Positions 1 through 38,308 of a DNA stretch of 64,000 bases are shown here, piece after piece. A model generated the notes under the pieces. The model saw nothing but the letters and a program-made list of their open reading frames with translations. It was not told the DNA's origin and ran no database searches. Source of the DNA: Chrysomallon squamiferum (lineage: Eukaryota > Animalia > Mollusca); NCBI GenBank assembly GCA_012295275.1, contig CM022669.1, forward strand, positions 8,804,001 to 8,868,000. Reading direction: 5' to 3'. Numbering within the stretch: position 1 is the stretch's first letter; each line of letters starts with the position of its first letter. The position numbers and the translations under genes are program-made.

Positions 1-585
1 ACATTATTGTGTTATACTTACAATTATATTTTGTTTTTTTTTCTGTCGATCTGTTTATTTATTCATTCGTTACAGACCATCAGTAGGTCTGTAAGATTAC
101 GATGTACTGAAAACTATTTTCAGACTGATATTTGTCTAAATGTATGCGCATATAATGAAATGTACCTTTCTTAGGTCATATAAAAAAACCCAAATATTTC
201 ACAGATAATAAATAATATGAAATGTATATATGTGACGTAAAACACTCACAGATTTACACACGTAGCTGAAAAGTTGTCTGTAGCATACTGGCAATGAAGT
301 GACAACTGTCTGGCTTTTATCGGGGACAGTGTGGTTGAGTTAACAGCTACGTCAACTACACTTAAAGTACAAATAATAATAATAAGAAGAAGAAGAAATA
401 AATAAATAAATTCAAATTCTGCAAAATTTATGGATTATTCTTTATTATCAGAAAAAAAACAACAACAAAAAAAAAAAAAAAAAATCCGGTTAAAAATGAA
501 ATAACTAATTTTATTTCTAACTTTTGGGCTAATTCTTTTGGGCTCTTAATACCCACATTTGTGTTTATATGTTGTGTATGTTGTA

Positions 586-629
<44 letters not shown>

Positions 630-695
630 TAAAGCCATGGGTAGGGTGGAATCATTTTGTAAATGAGTTCACGCAAGACTTTGTGCACTATTTTT

Positions 696-727
<32 letters not shown>

Positions 728-1354
728 TTTTTTTGATTTGTTGTTGTTATTCGAAACTCCCTTGTAAATATTTGGACCCGCCTCTGATGTCTGGCCTGGT
801 TTACTGGGTCATTTAGTTTTCATTTTGAACCTAGTTCCTCCGTTGAAGGACGCTGATAACTATTTTCTATCAGAACACGAATCAACATTTGCCCATTTGT
901 GACACGATGTTGAATTCATCAACTGACGGGGTGGTGTTCACTGAAATCAGACTTCTTCAACCAGTCTGGGATTTACGTCTTGGAAATGAAGAACATTTTT
1001 CTTCTCCTCTCTTTCCTGTTGTTCTTTCTATAATGTTTTATTTAATTCTTTGTTCTTTCATTCATGGATGTTTTTGCATGAGATGTTTATTTACAGCCGG
1101 GAAAATATGTGACGTCACAGATTCTTTGACATTCTTCAACCACGTCGCTTACATTCTTCCTGCGTCTGTCATTCAGTGGAAGTGTGTTTCGACATTCATG
1201 GATGTTTTTCGATTTTCAGTATTACGTTTGGCACTGGAGTCACCACAAGGTTAGTTATTGTCATCTTCAGCTATTAACAGATTTTCATTGTAGTTATCTT
1301 AAGTTAGAGGCTAAGTGTAGATACATAATACCAGAGTTGGTGTTTTTGCATTAC

Positions 1355-1356
<2 letters not shown>

Positions 1357-1448
<92 letters not shown>
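1357..1448. repeat. (GA)n microsatellite
   Basis: Directly visible dinucleotide run in the intron. Confidence 0.95.
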
Positions 1449-1450
<2 letters not shown>

Positions 1451-1645
1451 TGTGTTTAGCAACTGTTTTTGCAAATGTTGGCCTAGCTAAGGAAATCATG
1501 TGACATTTCTTAACAGAGAATAAGTCTGCAACAACTGAACATGGACAGGATTTGTAATTGCTGTTAATGAGATTACATAATTAATTAAATATTATATATA
1601 ATTTGTTTTCATTGTTAAATTTGAAATATATATAATTTAAGAATA

Positions 1646-1720
<75 letters not shown>

Positions 1721-2049
1721 TTAAAAGCAATAGTACCAGTTCTGGAGGTTTGAGACGACCTTTGAGCTTCCATATTGTACTTTTTATAGGTTACAACCTA
1801 AACTGAATCCAGATCAAAACCTTCAGTCAAATAAATAGTCAAAAAGATCAAAACCCCATTTTATGTTTGATCTTAGACACTGAACAGATTAATGTAATTG
1901 GGAGGCCCTGAAAAAATATTTAAATTATAAAATAATATAATGAAAGAACTTGATAGTAATTAGCAATACTCATAAATTGTTTCATTTTAGCTAATGCCAA
2001 GATTAATGTATTTGGGATTTCTTCAGCGAATCCTTAAATAATATAAATA

Positions 2050-3360
2050 CAGAGCCTGGTACTCAAACCCAGATACTCGTGGGTACTACGGCTGTTTATT
2101 CGACTGAGAATCGTACTGCTCTAGGAACCTCCGAAGTTGTCAAACGTACCTAACGGAAGGAATGAATCCAGCACCTTCCCTAGCGTACGTGAAGGCTTGA
2201 ATAATACCTTTGTAATGCATCTTCTCCAATGTACGTGAAGGCTTGAATAATACCTTTGTAATGCATCTTCTCCAATGTACGTGAAGGCTTGAATAATACC
2301 TTTGTAATGCATCTTCTCCAACGTACATGAAGGCTTGAATAATACCTTTGTCAGCTATGTTCTCCAACGTACGTGAAGGCTTGAATAATACCTTTGTCAA
2401 CTATGTTCTCCAACGTACGTGAAGCCTTGAATAATACCTTTGTAATGCATCTTCCCCAACGTACGTGAAGGCTTGAATAATACCTTTGTAATGCATCTTC
2501 TCCAACGTACGTGAAGGCTTGAATAATACCTTTGTAATGCATCTTCCCAATGTACGTGAAGCCTTGAATAATACCTTTGTAATGCATCTTCTCCAACGTA
2601 CGTGAAGGCTTGAATAATACCTTTGTAATGCATCTTCCCAACGTACATGAAGGCTTGAATAATACCTTTGTCAGCTATGTTCTCCAACGTACGTGAAGGC
2701 TTGAATAATACCTTTGTCAACTATGTTCTCCAACGTACGTGAAGGCTTTAATACATACATTTGTCAAACATCTTCCGCAACGTACGTGAAGGCTTGAATA
2801 ATACCTTTGTCAAACATCTTCACCCAATGTACGCGAAGGCTGGAATAATAAATTTGTCAAACATCTTCCGCCAATGTACGTGAAGGCTGGAATAATACCT
2901 TTGTCAACTATCTTCTCCAACGTACGTTAAGGCTGGAAGAATACATTTGTCAGCTATGTTCTCCAACGTACGTTAAGGCTGGAATAATACATTTGTCAGG
3001 CATCTTCTCCACCGTACGTGAAGGCTGGAATAATACATTTGTCAAGCTTATCAGACAAGCTCACGCGCACATCTGGCATGCCAGAGACGGTCTTCGAAAA
3101 GACCAGGCAGTGGCATCCCAGCTGTTACTACGAGACAACAGGGGTGAGTCCCAACCAAAATACGTACGCTCTAACACTGTCAAACTGCAAGTGTAAGCTC
3201 ACGAATGTATACACTGCCCGTAGAGATGATGTTAGATGATGAAGGATATCCTCAAAGGCATCGGACACTGCATCTAAATGTGATCAAATGAACTGTGAGC
3301 TATGCAGTTATATTATATCATATGCGAGCATGAATAAACATTGATATTGTGGGTATCAGT
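2050..3360. mobile_element. Putative non-autonomous element carrying an internal minisatellite
   Basis: GC/CpG-richer block with unique flanks on both sides of the 46-bp array, inside a very AT-rich intron; no TIR, TSD or coding domain could be identified. Confidence 0.35.
2183..3047. repeat. 46-bp minisatellite, about 19 copies
   Basis: Unit AACGTACGTGAAGGCTTGAATAATACCTTTGTAATGCATCTTCTCC; period 46 (2228 to 2274); variant middles AATGCAT/CAGCTAT/CAACTAT/CAAACAT. Confidence 0.95.
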
Positions 3361-3527
3361 TATTTGAAAAAATTTTTTTTTATTATTATTTTTGTTTTGT
3401 TATTTCTTATAAAATAACAGTTATTAGAAACTCCGATTTCTTTTCTAAAGAGGCGGTTTTGATCAGAAGGGATTTTGCCTGCGGCGGGGTGGGGGTGTTG
3501 ACCAGTTACCACCTAAATTTGTTACTA

Positions 3528-3572
<45 letters not shown>

Positions 3573-3579
3573 TCCGCAG

Positions 3580-4011
3580 GTGAAGATTTTGTACAAACAC
3601 GTGCACGGCTTACATCACCGTTACAGCAGCACGTTCGTCTGGGTGGCCGAATATTTACATCCTTGGGAGCTGATCACGATCGGGTTCCTGACCACCACCA
3701 ACACCTGGTTCTTTCGCTGCCACCCCCTCACCACGTGGAGTTACATGCTGGTCGTCATTTGGCTGAGCGTTGAGGCCCACTGCGGGTTCGATTTTCCGTA
3801 TTTGATCCACAACTGGTTTCCTTTCGACCTGGTGGGCGGAGGTCCGAAGCATGACATGCATCATCAAAAACCGTTAACCAATTATCAGCCGTTTTTCAAC
3901 CATTTCGACCGTCTCTTCGGAACGTACTGTCCGCCGATGCGAAGGGGAGGAACGAAAACCAAAGCGTTGCTTGGATACGAACTACGAAATCGTGACAAAA
4001 AATATGGCTGA
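3580..4011 (+). CDS. Intact exon 2 of the cholesterol 25-hydroxylase-like gene
   Basis: Open 143-codon frame after a strong phase-0 acceptor; His boxes HGLHH and HDMHH; TGA at 4009-4011; AATAAA at 4308-4313. Confidence 0.92.
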   Translation: MKILYKHVHGLHHRYSSTFVWVAEYLHPWELITIGFLTTTNTWFFRCHPLTTWSYMLVVIWLSVEAHCGFDFPYLIHNWFPFDLVGGGPKHDMHHQKPLTNYQPFFNHFDRLFGTYCPPMRRGGTKTKALLGYELRNRDKKYG

Positions 4012-4170
4012 ATTTTTATTGTGACGTCTTTTACTTTTAAAAATTAATTATATTATCTTAGAAACAAAAACACACATAAACAAAAAAAAACAAAAAAACA
4101 AAAAACAAAAACAAACAAGACACAAATAAAACGAAAAGTAGCAAAAAGCAAGCAAAAACAAACAAAAAAA

Positions 4171-4216
<46 letters not shown>

Positions 4217-4465
4217 TTGTCCAAACAATTGTTATATTCGACATTATGTTCGTGATAACTATTTTAACACACGCACGTTCTGTTATCACGTATACATGTG
4301 TTTAGTTAATAAAACTCATAGCATACTCTGATAAGCTCTGCACAGTATAAAATTACCAAACTTGCACAAAAGAATTATTAATAATTATAAGTATAAATTA
4401 TTAAAAATCACTTCATCAAGATTATAATGAATTTATAGAGACATACATACATACACACAGACCCA

Positions 4466-4519
<54 letters not shown>

Positions 4520-6538
4520 TGTATGGGTGGGTGCGCGTGTGTGTTGTTATTTAAAAACGTGGTTAGTAAATTACTGATAGATATATGTCTGTATTTTATC
4601 TCGATTCTTTTAAACATTTATAACAATAATAATAATAACATCAACAACGGCAACAACAGCTACTATTACTACTACTACCATAAATGTATTGTGTGTGAAG
4701 AAGTCATGTACAATAAACTAATTAATATTATGACTGGAAGCATTATTAAAAACCGACAAAGGATGTTATTTTTAAATCGATACATTTGTGAAGTGTTGAT
4801 GTTATCTTTAAATTTTTCTATGTGATGATAATGCTAATATTTTTTTATGTTTGTATAGATGTTACATTTAATTTTTAATGAACGCTGTTTCTTGAATGAC
4901 AGCGGATTATTAATAAATGTACAGCGATGTTTTTCAATGCAAAACAGAAATTTGATTAACTGATTATATTATTTGTGATTGGCTTATAAGATAAATAAAA
5001 AGCAAGCAATTTAATTTGTTTTAATTCTATAAAAAAAAAAAAATTAAAAATTTGTTTAAGCATCACGTTTTCTGCTTTCTTTATGAACAATGTCGTATCT
5101 GTTGATTAATAGATTAATAAAATAGAAAAATGCGAGCCTCGTTATATCTTGTTAGTAAATTATTTTATTTTTATTTTCATTATTATTAAAAAAATATGTT
5201 TACTAAAACAAAATGAAAATAACTTGAAACATATACATCCATATTTAAATTGTTATTTGCTGGAAACCCGAGTTCGATTTTATAACTGAACATTAAAATA
5301 GTTTTAATCTGAAAAAAAAATTTAATAAGACTTTACAGTAAACTACATTTTCTCTTTAATTATTTTATTCTACCTAAAATAAGAATATATATTAAGAAAT
5401 AACAATATTTTTTGTCATATAAGCATTTATTATATTTGAAAAATTACAGGAAAAATTTAGAAATCAGTAAGTACGAATTTTAAAACAGAATGCTCTGAAA
5501 ATTAAAAATGAATTAAATAATGATTATGAAAAACTATTTCAAAAATTATATATTTTATCAGTGCATTTTTTACTGTTATATCAGTGGGCCACAGAATATT
5601 ATATTACCAATGTGAATATTTTAAATGTGACTTACACTGACGTTATGTTTTATATATATATATATATATAAATTCAGAAACAGCAAAAAAATAAATAAAT
5701 AAATAAAGAACACCAACAACAAACAAATACTTAACATTTTTCGTTTTAATGAAGTAGCAGGGAAGAACTGGAATATTTGCCATTAATTTCCTTATATTGC
5801 TATGCATTAAAACACACGCACGCACACAAACCATGGCCGTAGCTACAATGAGGCAAATGATGCTGATGCCTCATACAGAAATTGACGATGTCTTGTTATA
5901 GTTATTATTATTATAATTAATGCGTATATTACTATATATATATATATATATATATTGTTGTTTTCTAACTTAAATATAAAACCGCACATTAAGATGTTAC
6001 ACATTAAATCGTGGAAACATAAATCATATTACGTTTATTTGTAGTCTGATCTCTGAAATACGAACTGTAAGTTGTTTAAAGCTCAGTTTTTCATCATGAC
6101 AGATTATTGTACGAAATGTGACATTTGACACCACTCTGTAACGAGCAATAATTGTTACTAATTATAAAGCTGTAACATGAGATTTTTTTTTGTTTTTAAA
6201 TTTATAAATCAGTTTTTTTGTTTCTTTTACCAGAAATGCATGCCGTTAAACATTTTTAATATTAGGGGTTACATATCAAATTAATCTTTCGGTTATAATT
6301 TTATGAAAAACAATATAAATAAAAACATTTCAAAAGTCCACATTTCAAACTCTATCATTTTGTGCTGGTCTCGTGATTTCTCGCAAACGTCACATGATAC
6401 AAATAGAAACAACATGGAGTACGTAGAAGATGATATCCTGCTAAAAGCTGGAATAACGTGCAAATTTTGATTCACGTAACACCATTTCACTCTACCAACA
6501 CGTGAAATGGTGTTTTTAGTCAATATAACGCCGAAGAG

Positions 6539-31848
<25,310 letters not shown>

Positions 31849-33670
31849 ACTGGACGGAGGAGCACAAAGTACAAAAGCTGGAACAGACACAGAACAAAAG
31901 TTCACGAAAAAACACAGAACCTGACTGGAACACAGATTATGACTAGAACACTAATCCTGACCAGAACCCTGAACCGGACTGGAACATGTAAAACATTAAC
32001 AGAAAATCTCATCCTGCTTGACTTTTATCACAAGAACTAAAAGAGAGATGATGAAAATTTAATAATTTAAAAAAAAAATAATAATTAATATATTTTATAT
32101 GAATTTAGAAATACGACAATTAACTCAAGTGAATGGAGAAAATACACATGCAGGAATACTGAGTCGTTGTGGAGGAAATCTAGTAAACACTAAGTTTTGT
32201 TTAAAACTTTTCTCTTCACACAAACAGTGTTGTCAGACGAAAACTTTGAGAACTTTTTATATTCTTTCTTCCGCATCTAGCCAGCCCAGATATGTGATGA
32301 CATATATAAACATTTAGGTGACATATATATATATGGCCTACATTAAACATGCAAGTGAAATGTAATGTGAAGACAATAGGTGATGGTACATGTGATAAAC
32401 ATATAACATATAAGCGATACACTGGTGACTTAAAATTCTCAGTTAATGACATTAAACAGAAAGATTAAAAAAAACATTTTACACAGATGTTTTTTAAACT
32501 TCTCCACATTAAAGTGTTTTTAATAAATAAATTAAAACATACAAACGATCTAATCTCAAATTGAAAAGTTTATCAGCACTAAGATTTACAGGTAAATTCT
32601 CACGTACATTTGTAATATATTGTTGTGATATGTTACCTGTGTAATATATTAGTATATGCAGTATAAGACATAATTTAACGATTCAGCATTTGCCTGGTTT
32701 TTCAAGCATAATATTAGTTAACGGGACATGAAGATTTTATTGATTTTTAACCAACTTGAGATAAAAGAAACATACAAGAAATTAAGTAATTGTTACTGTT
32801 AAGCTATAAAAATATGTTTCACTTGTTGAAGAATAACAAGTAACAGTAACTAAATAAATTTTAAAAATTTGATGGAAAGTGCATCAAGATGACATGCTGT
32901 TGTGAAGTTTTAAACTAAACCTTGGTAATTTCAGCCTTCTAAAGGTTAATTAAGTTTTTTTTTAAACATTGCTATCTGTTCTGTACTCTGTCTTTATATG
33001 TAACATACATGCAGCAAATTTTATTTTATAATACATAAACTTAGAGGTGAATAACAGATAGCAGTAATGAATAACAATAATTTAACAAATGCTTGGATTA
33101 AACTGTTTTCCTGTTATCTCTAATGTATTTGTAAAGTTATACAAAGAAACATGAAAATAAAACTTTAATAAAAATGTGACACTATGATGTGAGTAAGTCA
33201 ACACTTAAACATGTTGAAACTTTTTAGTTTTCTGTTATTTTCAAACTGCTCTTTTTGTTTCTATTATTTTGCATTGTTATTAATTTCATTTATTTTCTTT
33301 AATTTATAAAAAAAATAAAAAATTAAACATGATTTAGGAAAAACATGAAATTAACAATATTCTTGTTTTTCTTTTTAAGTTTTAATTATTTGTGAGTATA
33401 TGTGTGTACATGCATTTCTAATTATACTATATACAAATTGTAACTTTCTGTCTCACTGAAAGAGCAGAAGAACATGGATTTTCTTTCTTTTTTAATTTGG
33501 TTCTGATTTTACATTATTTCTTATACCCTTTTTATTTTGTGCTGACTGTTTAAAAATGTGGCTTGTATTTTATGTTTAATTAACAATTACTTTTATTTTG
33601 CTTAAAGTGAATATTAAAAAAAAAAACTTTTATCAGACTCTGATAATAAAATGTATCAATGAAATAATTT
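31849..33670 (+). other. SMG5: Probable SMG5 3' UTR with several candidate poly(A) signals
   Basis: AATAAA at 32522, 33156 and 33645 (the last followed by GT-rich sequence); the true 3' end cannot be determined from sequence. Confidence 0.4.
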
Positions 33671-34672
33671 TGAGTCCTGTCTGTTTTTAGTGATTGTGTT
33701 TGAAACACTGTGGTGTGTGCTGTAATGTCTGGGGAGGGTGACTAAAAGACATCTTGCTGCTGACTGGTAAAAGAAATGTGAGGCAGGTTTCATCTTTGTT
33801 CTCATCGTAAAATTACATCGCTACAAGCTATTCCAGTCACTTGCAAAAAGATAAACGTTACGTAAAGAAAAGAAATAATAGAGTAGTCCGTTTAAAAAGT
33901 CACAAAAGCTTGAGTCACCATTTATTTACTATTGCAGTACTTAACGTTATTATTATTATTATTATAAATTGAAATAATGTGAAGGCCTTTTACATCGATA
34001 AAAATTGAGAAACTTTCTATTTATGCGTGTTAAAAGTATATTTATTTATTTACCAATAGACTGAATTTCAGATTTGTGAAATTATTAAAATTTTTTTTTT
34101 TTTTTTTTTTTTTGCGTTTTTTTTTTTTTTTTTTTCAATAAATAAATAAATAAATATATAAATTATTATTATTATTATCATTATTATTATTACTGAACTA
34201 ATCAAAATAAAACAATTTTATTTACGTAGCTAAACGAGGAAATCTCATGCCTGACAGAAATCGATATCATATTCTCTGATTATTTATTTAATCGTCTATC
34301 CTTTTTCTTTCTTTTCTTTATCTTTTTTTTTTTTTTTTTCTTTTTTTTTTTTTTCTTCTGATTTTCCAGTCCTGTCGTAGTTTGGCCGACGACACTGCGA
34401 CAATATCCGGGTCCTTAACGGTCGAGCGACTATTCCGTGTGTAAATCAGGGGGTTTTAAAAGTGATATTCGACCTGGCCAGCCAATTTGTGCGTGCATTG
34501 TCAGAGGACGGGTAAAAACGTGTTTTCTGAAACCATTAGACGTTGCTCGCCACCTATTCCTTGTCACGCAAACTTCTCGTAAAACCTGACAACATGAAAC
34601 CGCATAAAGAATGCCCACAGTTTTAATGCTTCTGTTTTTTTTATTTTTTTTTTTTTTTATTTTATTATTCTC

Positions 34673-34707
<35 letters not shown>

Positions 34708-35077
34708 CACTCAGTTCAGGCAGCAGTAGTCAATTCCCATCAGGGACTGAAAATAATAATAAAAAAAAAAAAATGCACAGGGCGGGTCCACACAAAAACA
34801 CATATTTCGAGTTTTAGTGTGTGTGTGTGATTTCATTGAGGTGATGACAGGATGCACGATCGATTCACCACAGCGGTATCTGCTGATATCTTTCTTTACT
34901 AATATAAAGCAAAAATACATTATTTCACCAGAAAACGTGATGTTATGTTTAAAATTTATATACATGTAATGTGTTTGTCTGTCTATTTATATATATAAAC
35001 ACTGGTTTGCTCGAAGTAGTTAAGCTGTTTTATGAAGACAGATATGTATGGAATGCGTTTAAGACTTGCACAGTGAT

Positions 35078-35800
35078 CTCAGTCTGACTACTTTAACTGT
35101 GTTGTATATAACCTCAGTCTGACTACTTTAACTGTGTTGTATATAACCTCAGTCTGACTACTTTAACTGTGTTGTATATAACCTCAGTCTGACTACATTA
35201 ACTGTGTTGTATATAACCTCAGTCTGACTACATTAACTGTGTTGTGTATAACCTCAGCCTGACTGTATATATAACCTCAGCCTTAACTGTGTGTATATAA
35301 CCTCAGTGTATAACCTCAGCCTGACTACATTAACTGTGTTGTATATAACCTCAGTCTGATTACTTTAACTGTGTTGTATATAACCTCAGCCTGACTACAT
35401 TAACTGTGTTGTATATAACCTCAGTCTGACTATTAACTGTGTTGTATATAACCTCAGTCTGACTACATTAACTGTGCTGTATATAACCTCAGTCTGACTA
35501 CATTAACTGTGCTGTGTATAACTTTAACTGTGCTGTATATAACCTCAGTCAGTCTATATAACCTCAGTCTGACTACATTAACTGTGTTGTATATAACCTC
35601 AGTCTGACTACATTAACTGTGCTGTATATAACCTCAGTCTGACTACATTAACTGTGTTGTATATAACCTCAGCCTGACTACATTAACTGTGTTGTATATA
35701 ACCTCAGCCTGACTACATTAACTGTGTTGTATATAACCTCAGCCTGACTACTTTAACTGTGTTGTATATAACCTCAGCCTGACTACTTTAACTGTGCTGC
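35078..35800. repeat. 35-bp intergenic minisatellite, about 20 copies
   Basis: Unit CTCAGTCTGACTACATTAACTGTGTTGTATATAAC. Confidence 0.95.
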
Positions 35801-38079
35801 GTAACACTTTATAACACAAACAGGTAGCCTGCCAGGTTCCAGGTTCAGATGAACCGACAGTTCAGTCTCATTCCTGCGTCCTTCGTTCCTCAGTCAGTGA
35901 TACTCAAGTGGTGAACGGAACGAGTAACTCTGGCAGTTGTCTTGTTTTGATTTAATCTCTGGGGTTTTTCTTTTCTTCTTCTTCTTCTGTGTTTCTCCTG
36001 ATTAATAATTTAGTCTGTTTCCAGCTGCAGCTAGTCTAGACGACTCGCTTATCAGTGGTCACATTTTCTTTTCTTTTTTCATTTTTTTTTGTGCTTCTTT
36101 CGCGGTCACAGACGACGATCTAACTGATGTCTGATGGTTGCAGGACGCCGTCGTGGTTGCTCAGGAAACTTATACGTTAAAAAACATGAAAAAATGTGTT
36201 ACGAGATCTGCTAAAAATGAAGTCAAACACGTTGACTGCCTTCGTCCAGATTTCTGTATCCCACCATAGGAATGCAATTCACAAGTACAGATGGCGAACC
36301 ATGTAACCGGCAAATATGGGACCGAAAGTGGTCCGGATTTTTTCTTGATACAGACAAAAATCTTTATTAAACATATATAAAATAAAGAACGAAGCTGTAT
36401 TTGACAGATACAAATTAATACACTTATAACGCAGGTTCTGTTCTCTTTGATCTTTTTTATAATTCACTTAAAATTCTCAAAATATCTTTACAGAATACGC
36501 CATTCATTAGCGGACTGCGTTTCTGGCACACGTTTTAAGACGTGATAATAAATGAAGATGAAACAAATAGCCCGTTGTGAGATGTTCTCACTTGAACGTC
36601 ACGGGAAACCAAAACGATCCGCGCCCGATTCGAAAGTAGCCAATTATTAGGATTTTGCGAGTTTCTGGAAGACGGACAAATGGTTGGTACCTGTAAATTT
36701 TATTTTTTAAATTTTTTTTAAAAATGTTTAAAAATACTTTCAACTCGCGGGTAAATCGACTGTATAGAAAGTTTATCTGAATAATCACTTTACTAAACGA
36801 TTTATCATTAGTTGTGACAGCAGCTGGTTTCCCCTCTAGTGTCATCAACATGTAACAAATCATACGTTTAACATCTAAACAACCGTTGTTGTTGTTTGGT
36901 TTTTTAAAAAAATATATTTAGTTATTTATTAGGTGAAACAAAAACAAATGTGTCCGATGAATAACGTGTTACTGTGAAGTCAATGGACGTGACCACGACG
37001 TGCGTACTTCAACTGTTTGGGATTAATACGTCAAGCTGACACCCACCCAGACCGCGGCTCTTGGGGTTTGAGTCGTGTCATTCTGAAAGCAAAGAAACAA
37101 ATTTGGTAAACCTCAGAGCGACATCATTTCAATTACAGAAAGAGAAAAGAGAAAAAAAAAAAAAATTATAAACGTATGTCCAATTTCATGGTAGCTTTCA
37201 TGTGATATATATAATCATCTGCACAGAAATAAGCTGCTTATTAAAAAATCTCATTCTGGAATCAGTAGCAGACGTGATCACCGTGTTATTATCAAGATGG
37301 CGGGTAAACAGGATCGGCTGCGAGGAACGAAACGGCTTTGTGTCTCTGACGGGCGGAAGTGAACGAGAGAGGCGCTGGTCTAATAACCAGCTTTTCTCTC
37401 CCCCCTCCACCACCCCGCCAACAGTCTCGTTCCGCTTCGCCGCATCCTCCTCCTCCTCCTTGCGATACGCGCAGACGTCGGTTCCCTCTATAATCCCTCG
37501 TTTCCACCGACTCATTAATGTTTTCATAATACCAGTCGATGTTCTTCTAATAGACGGCCATTATACTTCCCCCCACCAACACACACACACACAAACTGGC
37601 TACCAAATACGAAAAATGCATTGTTGACATTCTCAGGGCACTGAACCGTGGACGTTTTCTTCCACATCTGCTTGGTCGGGCACCCCGCCACGACGGTGAC
37701 CAATCTGGCGACATTTTGTTTTGTTGTTCGTTCATTGGTTCCATTTGTTGGTGGCGCACCGCCCTCAGTTAAAAGAACTGCCTGACACTTACAAACGAAA
37801 CAGTGAATTGGACTGCGGGATGTTTCTTTTCAGACTCCCAGAGAAGGATTAAAACGGCAAGCATGCTCACGAATTAACCCTTTCAGCTCTGACGACTGCT
37901 ACACTGTGTGTTAGTTTGATCAAACTATCGCCCTTGACAAAATGGACGCTTTTTTTTTTTTTTTTTTTTTTTTAAATGGGGTCAGATTAAAGGACAAAGA
38001 GAAAACGGGATGCTGGATTATTAATAATATAAAAAATGTCATAAATATATTACCACTTTAATTTAAAATCTTCCCCGTA

Positions 38080-38308
<229 letters not shown>

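Larger units (their letters stand above)
907..4011 (+). pseudogene. Cholesterol 25-hydroxylase-like (fatty acid hydroxylase / sterol desaturase superfamily), 2 exons; exon 1 frame-disrupted (pseudogene or consensus error)
   Basis: Exon 1 907-1249 (ATG..LLQPVWD..SPLFPVVLS..NHVAYILP..FDFQYYVWHWSHHK, donor AAG|GTTAGT); exon 2 3580-4011 (acceptor TTTCCGCAG|, [55 protein letters not shown]). The three His boxes are typical of this di-iron family. Exon 1 is 343 nt and its homologous segments lie in different frames. Confidence 0.75.

Noticed and set aside
2183-3047. CRISPR-like repeat/spacer pattern (constant 39 nt plus variable 7 nt)
   Set aside because: Variable parts are too short, recur and are related to each other; no cas genes; eukaryotic intron. 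It is a minisatellite.
5832-5885. MITE-like terminus GGCCGTAGCTACAATGAGGCA..TGCCTCAT
   Set aside because: No matching second end or target-site duplication found in the window.
37198-37759. Overlapping 70-141 aa ORFs in a GC-rich patch
   Set aside because: No recognisable domain or splice structure; better explained as regulatory DNA.
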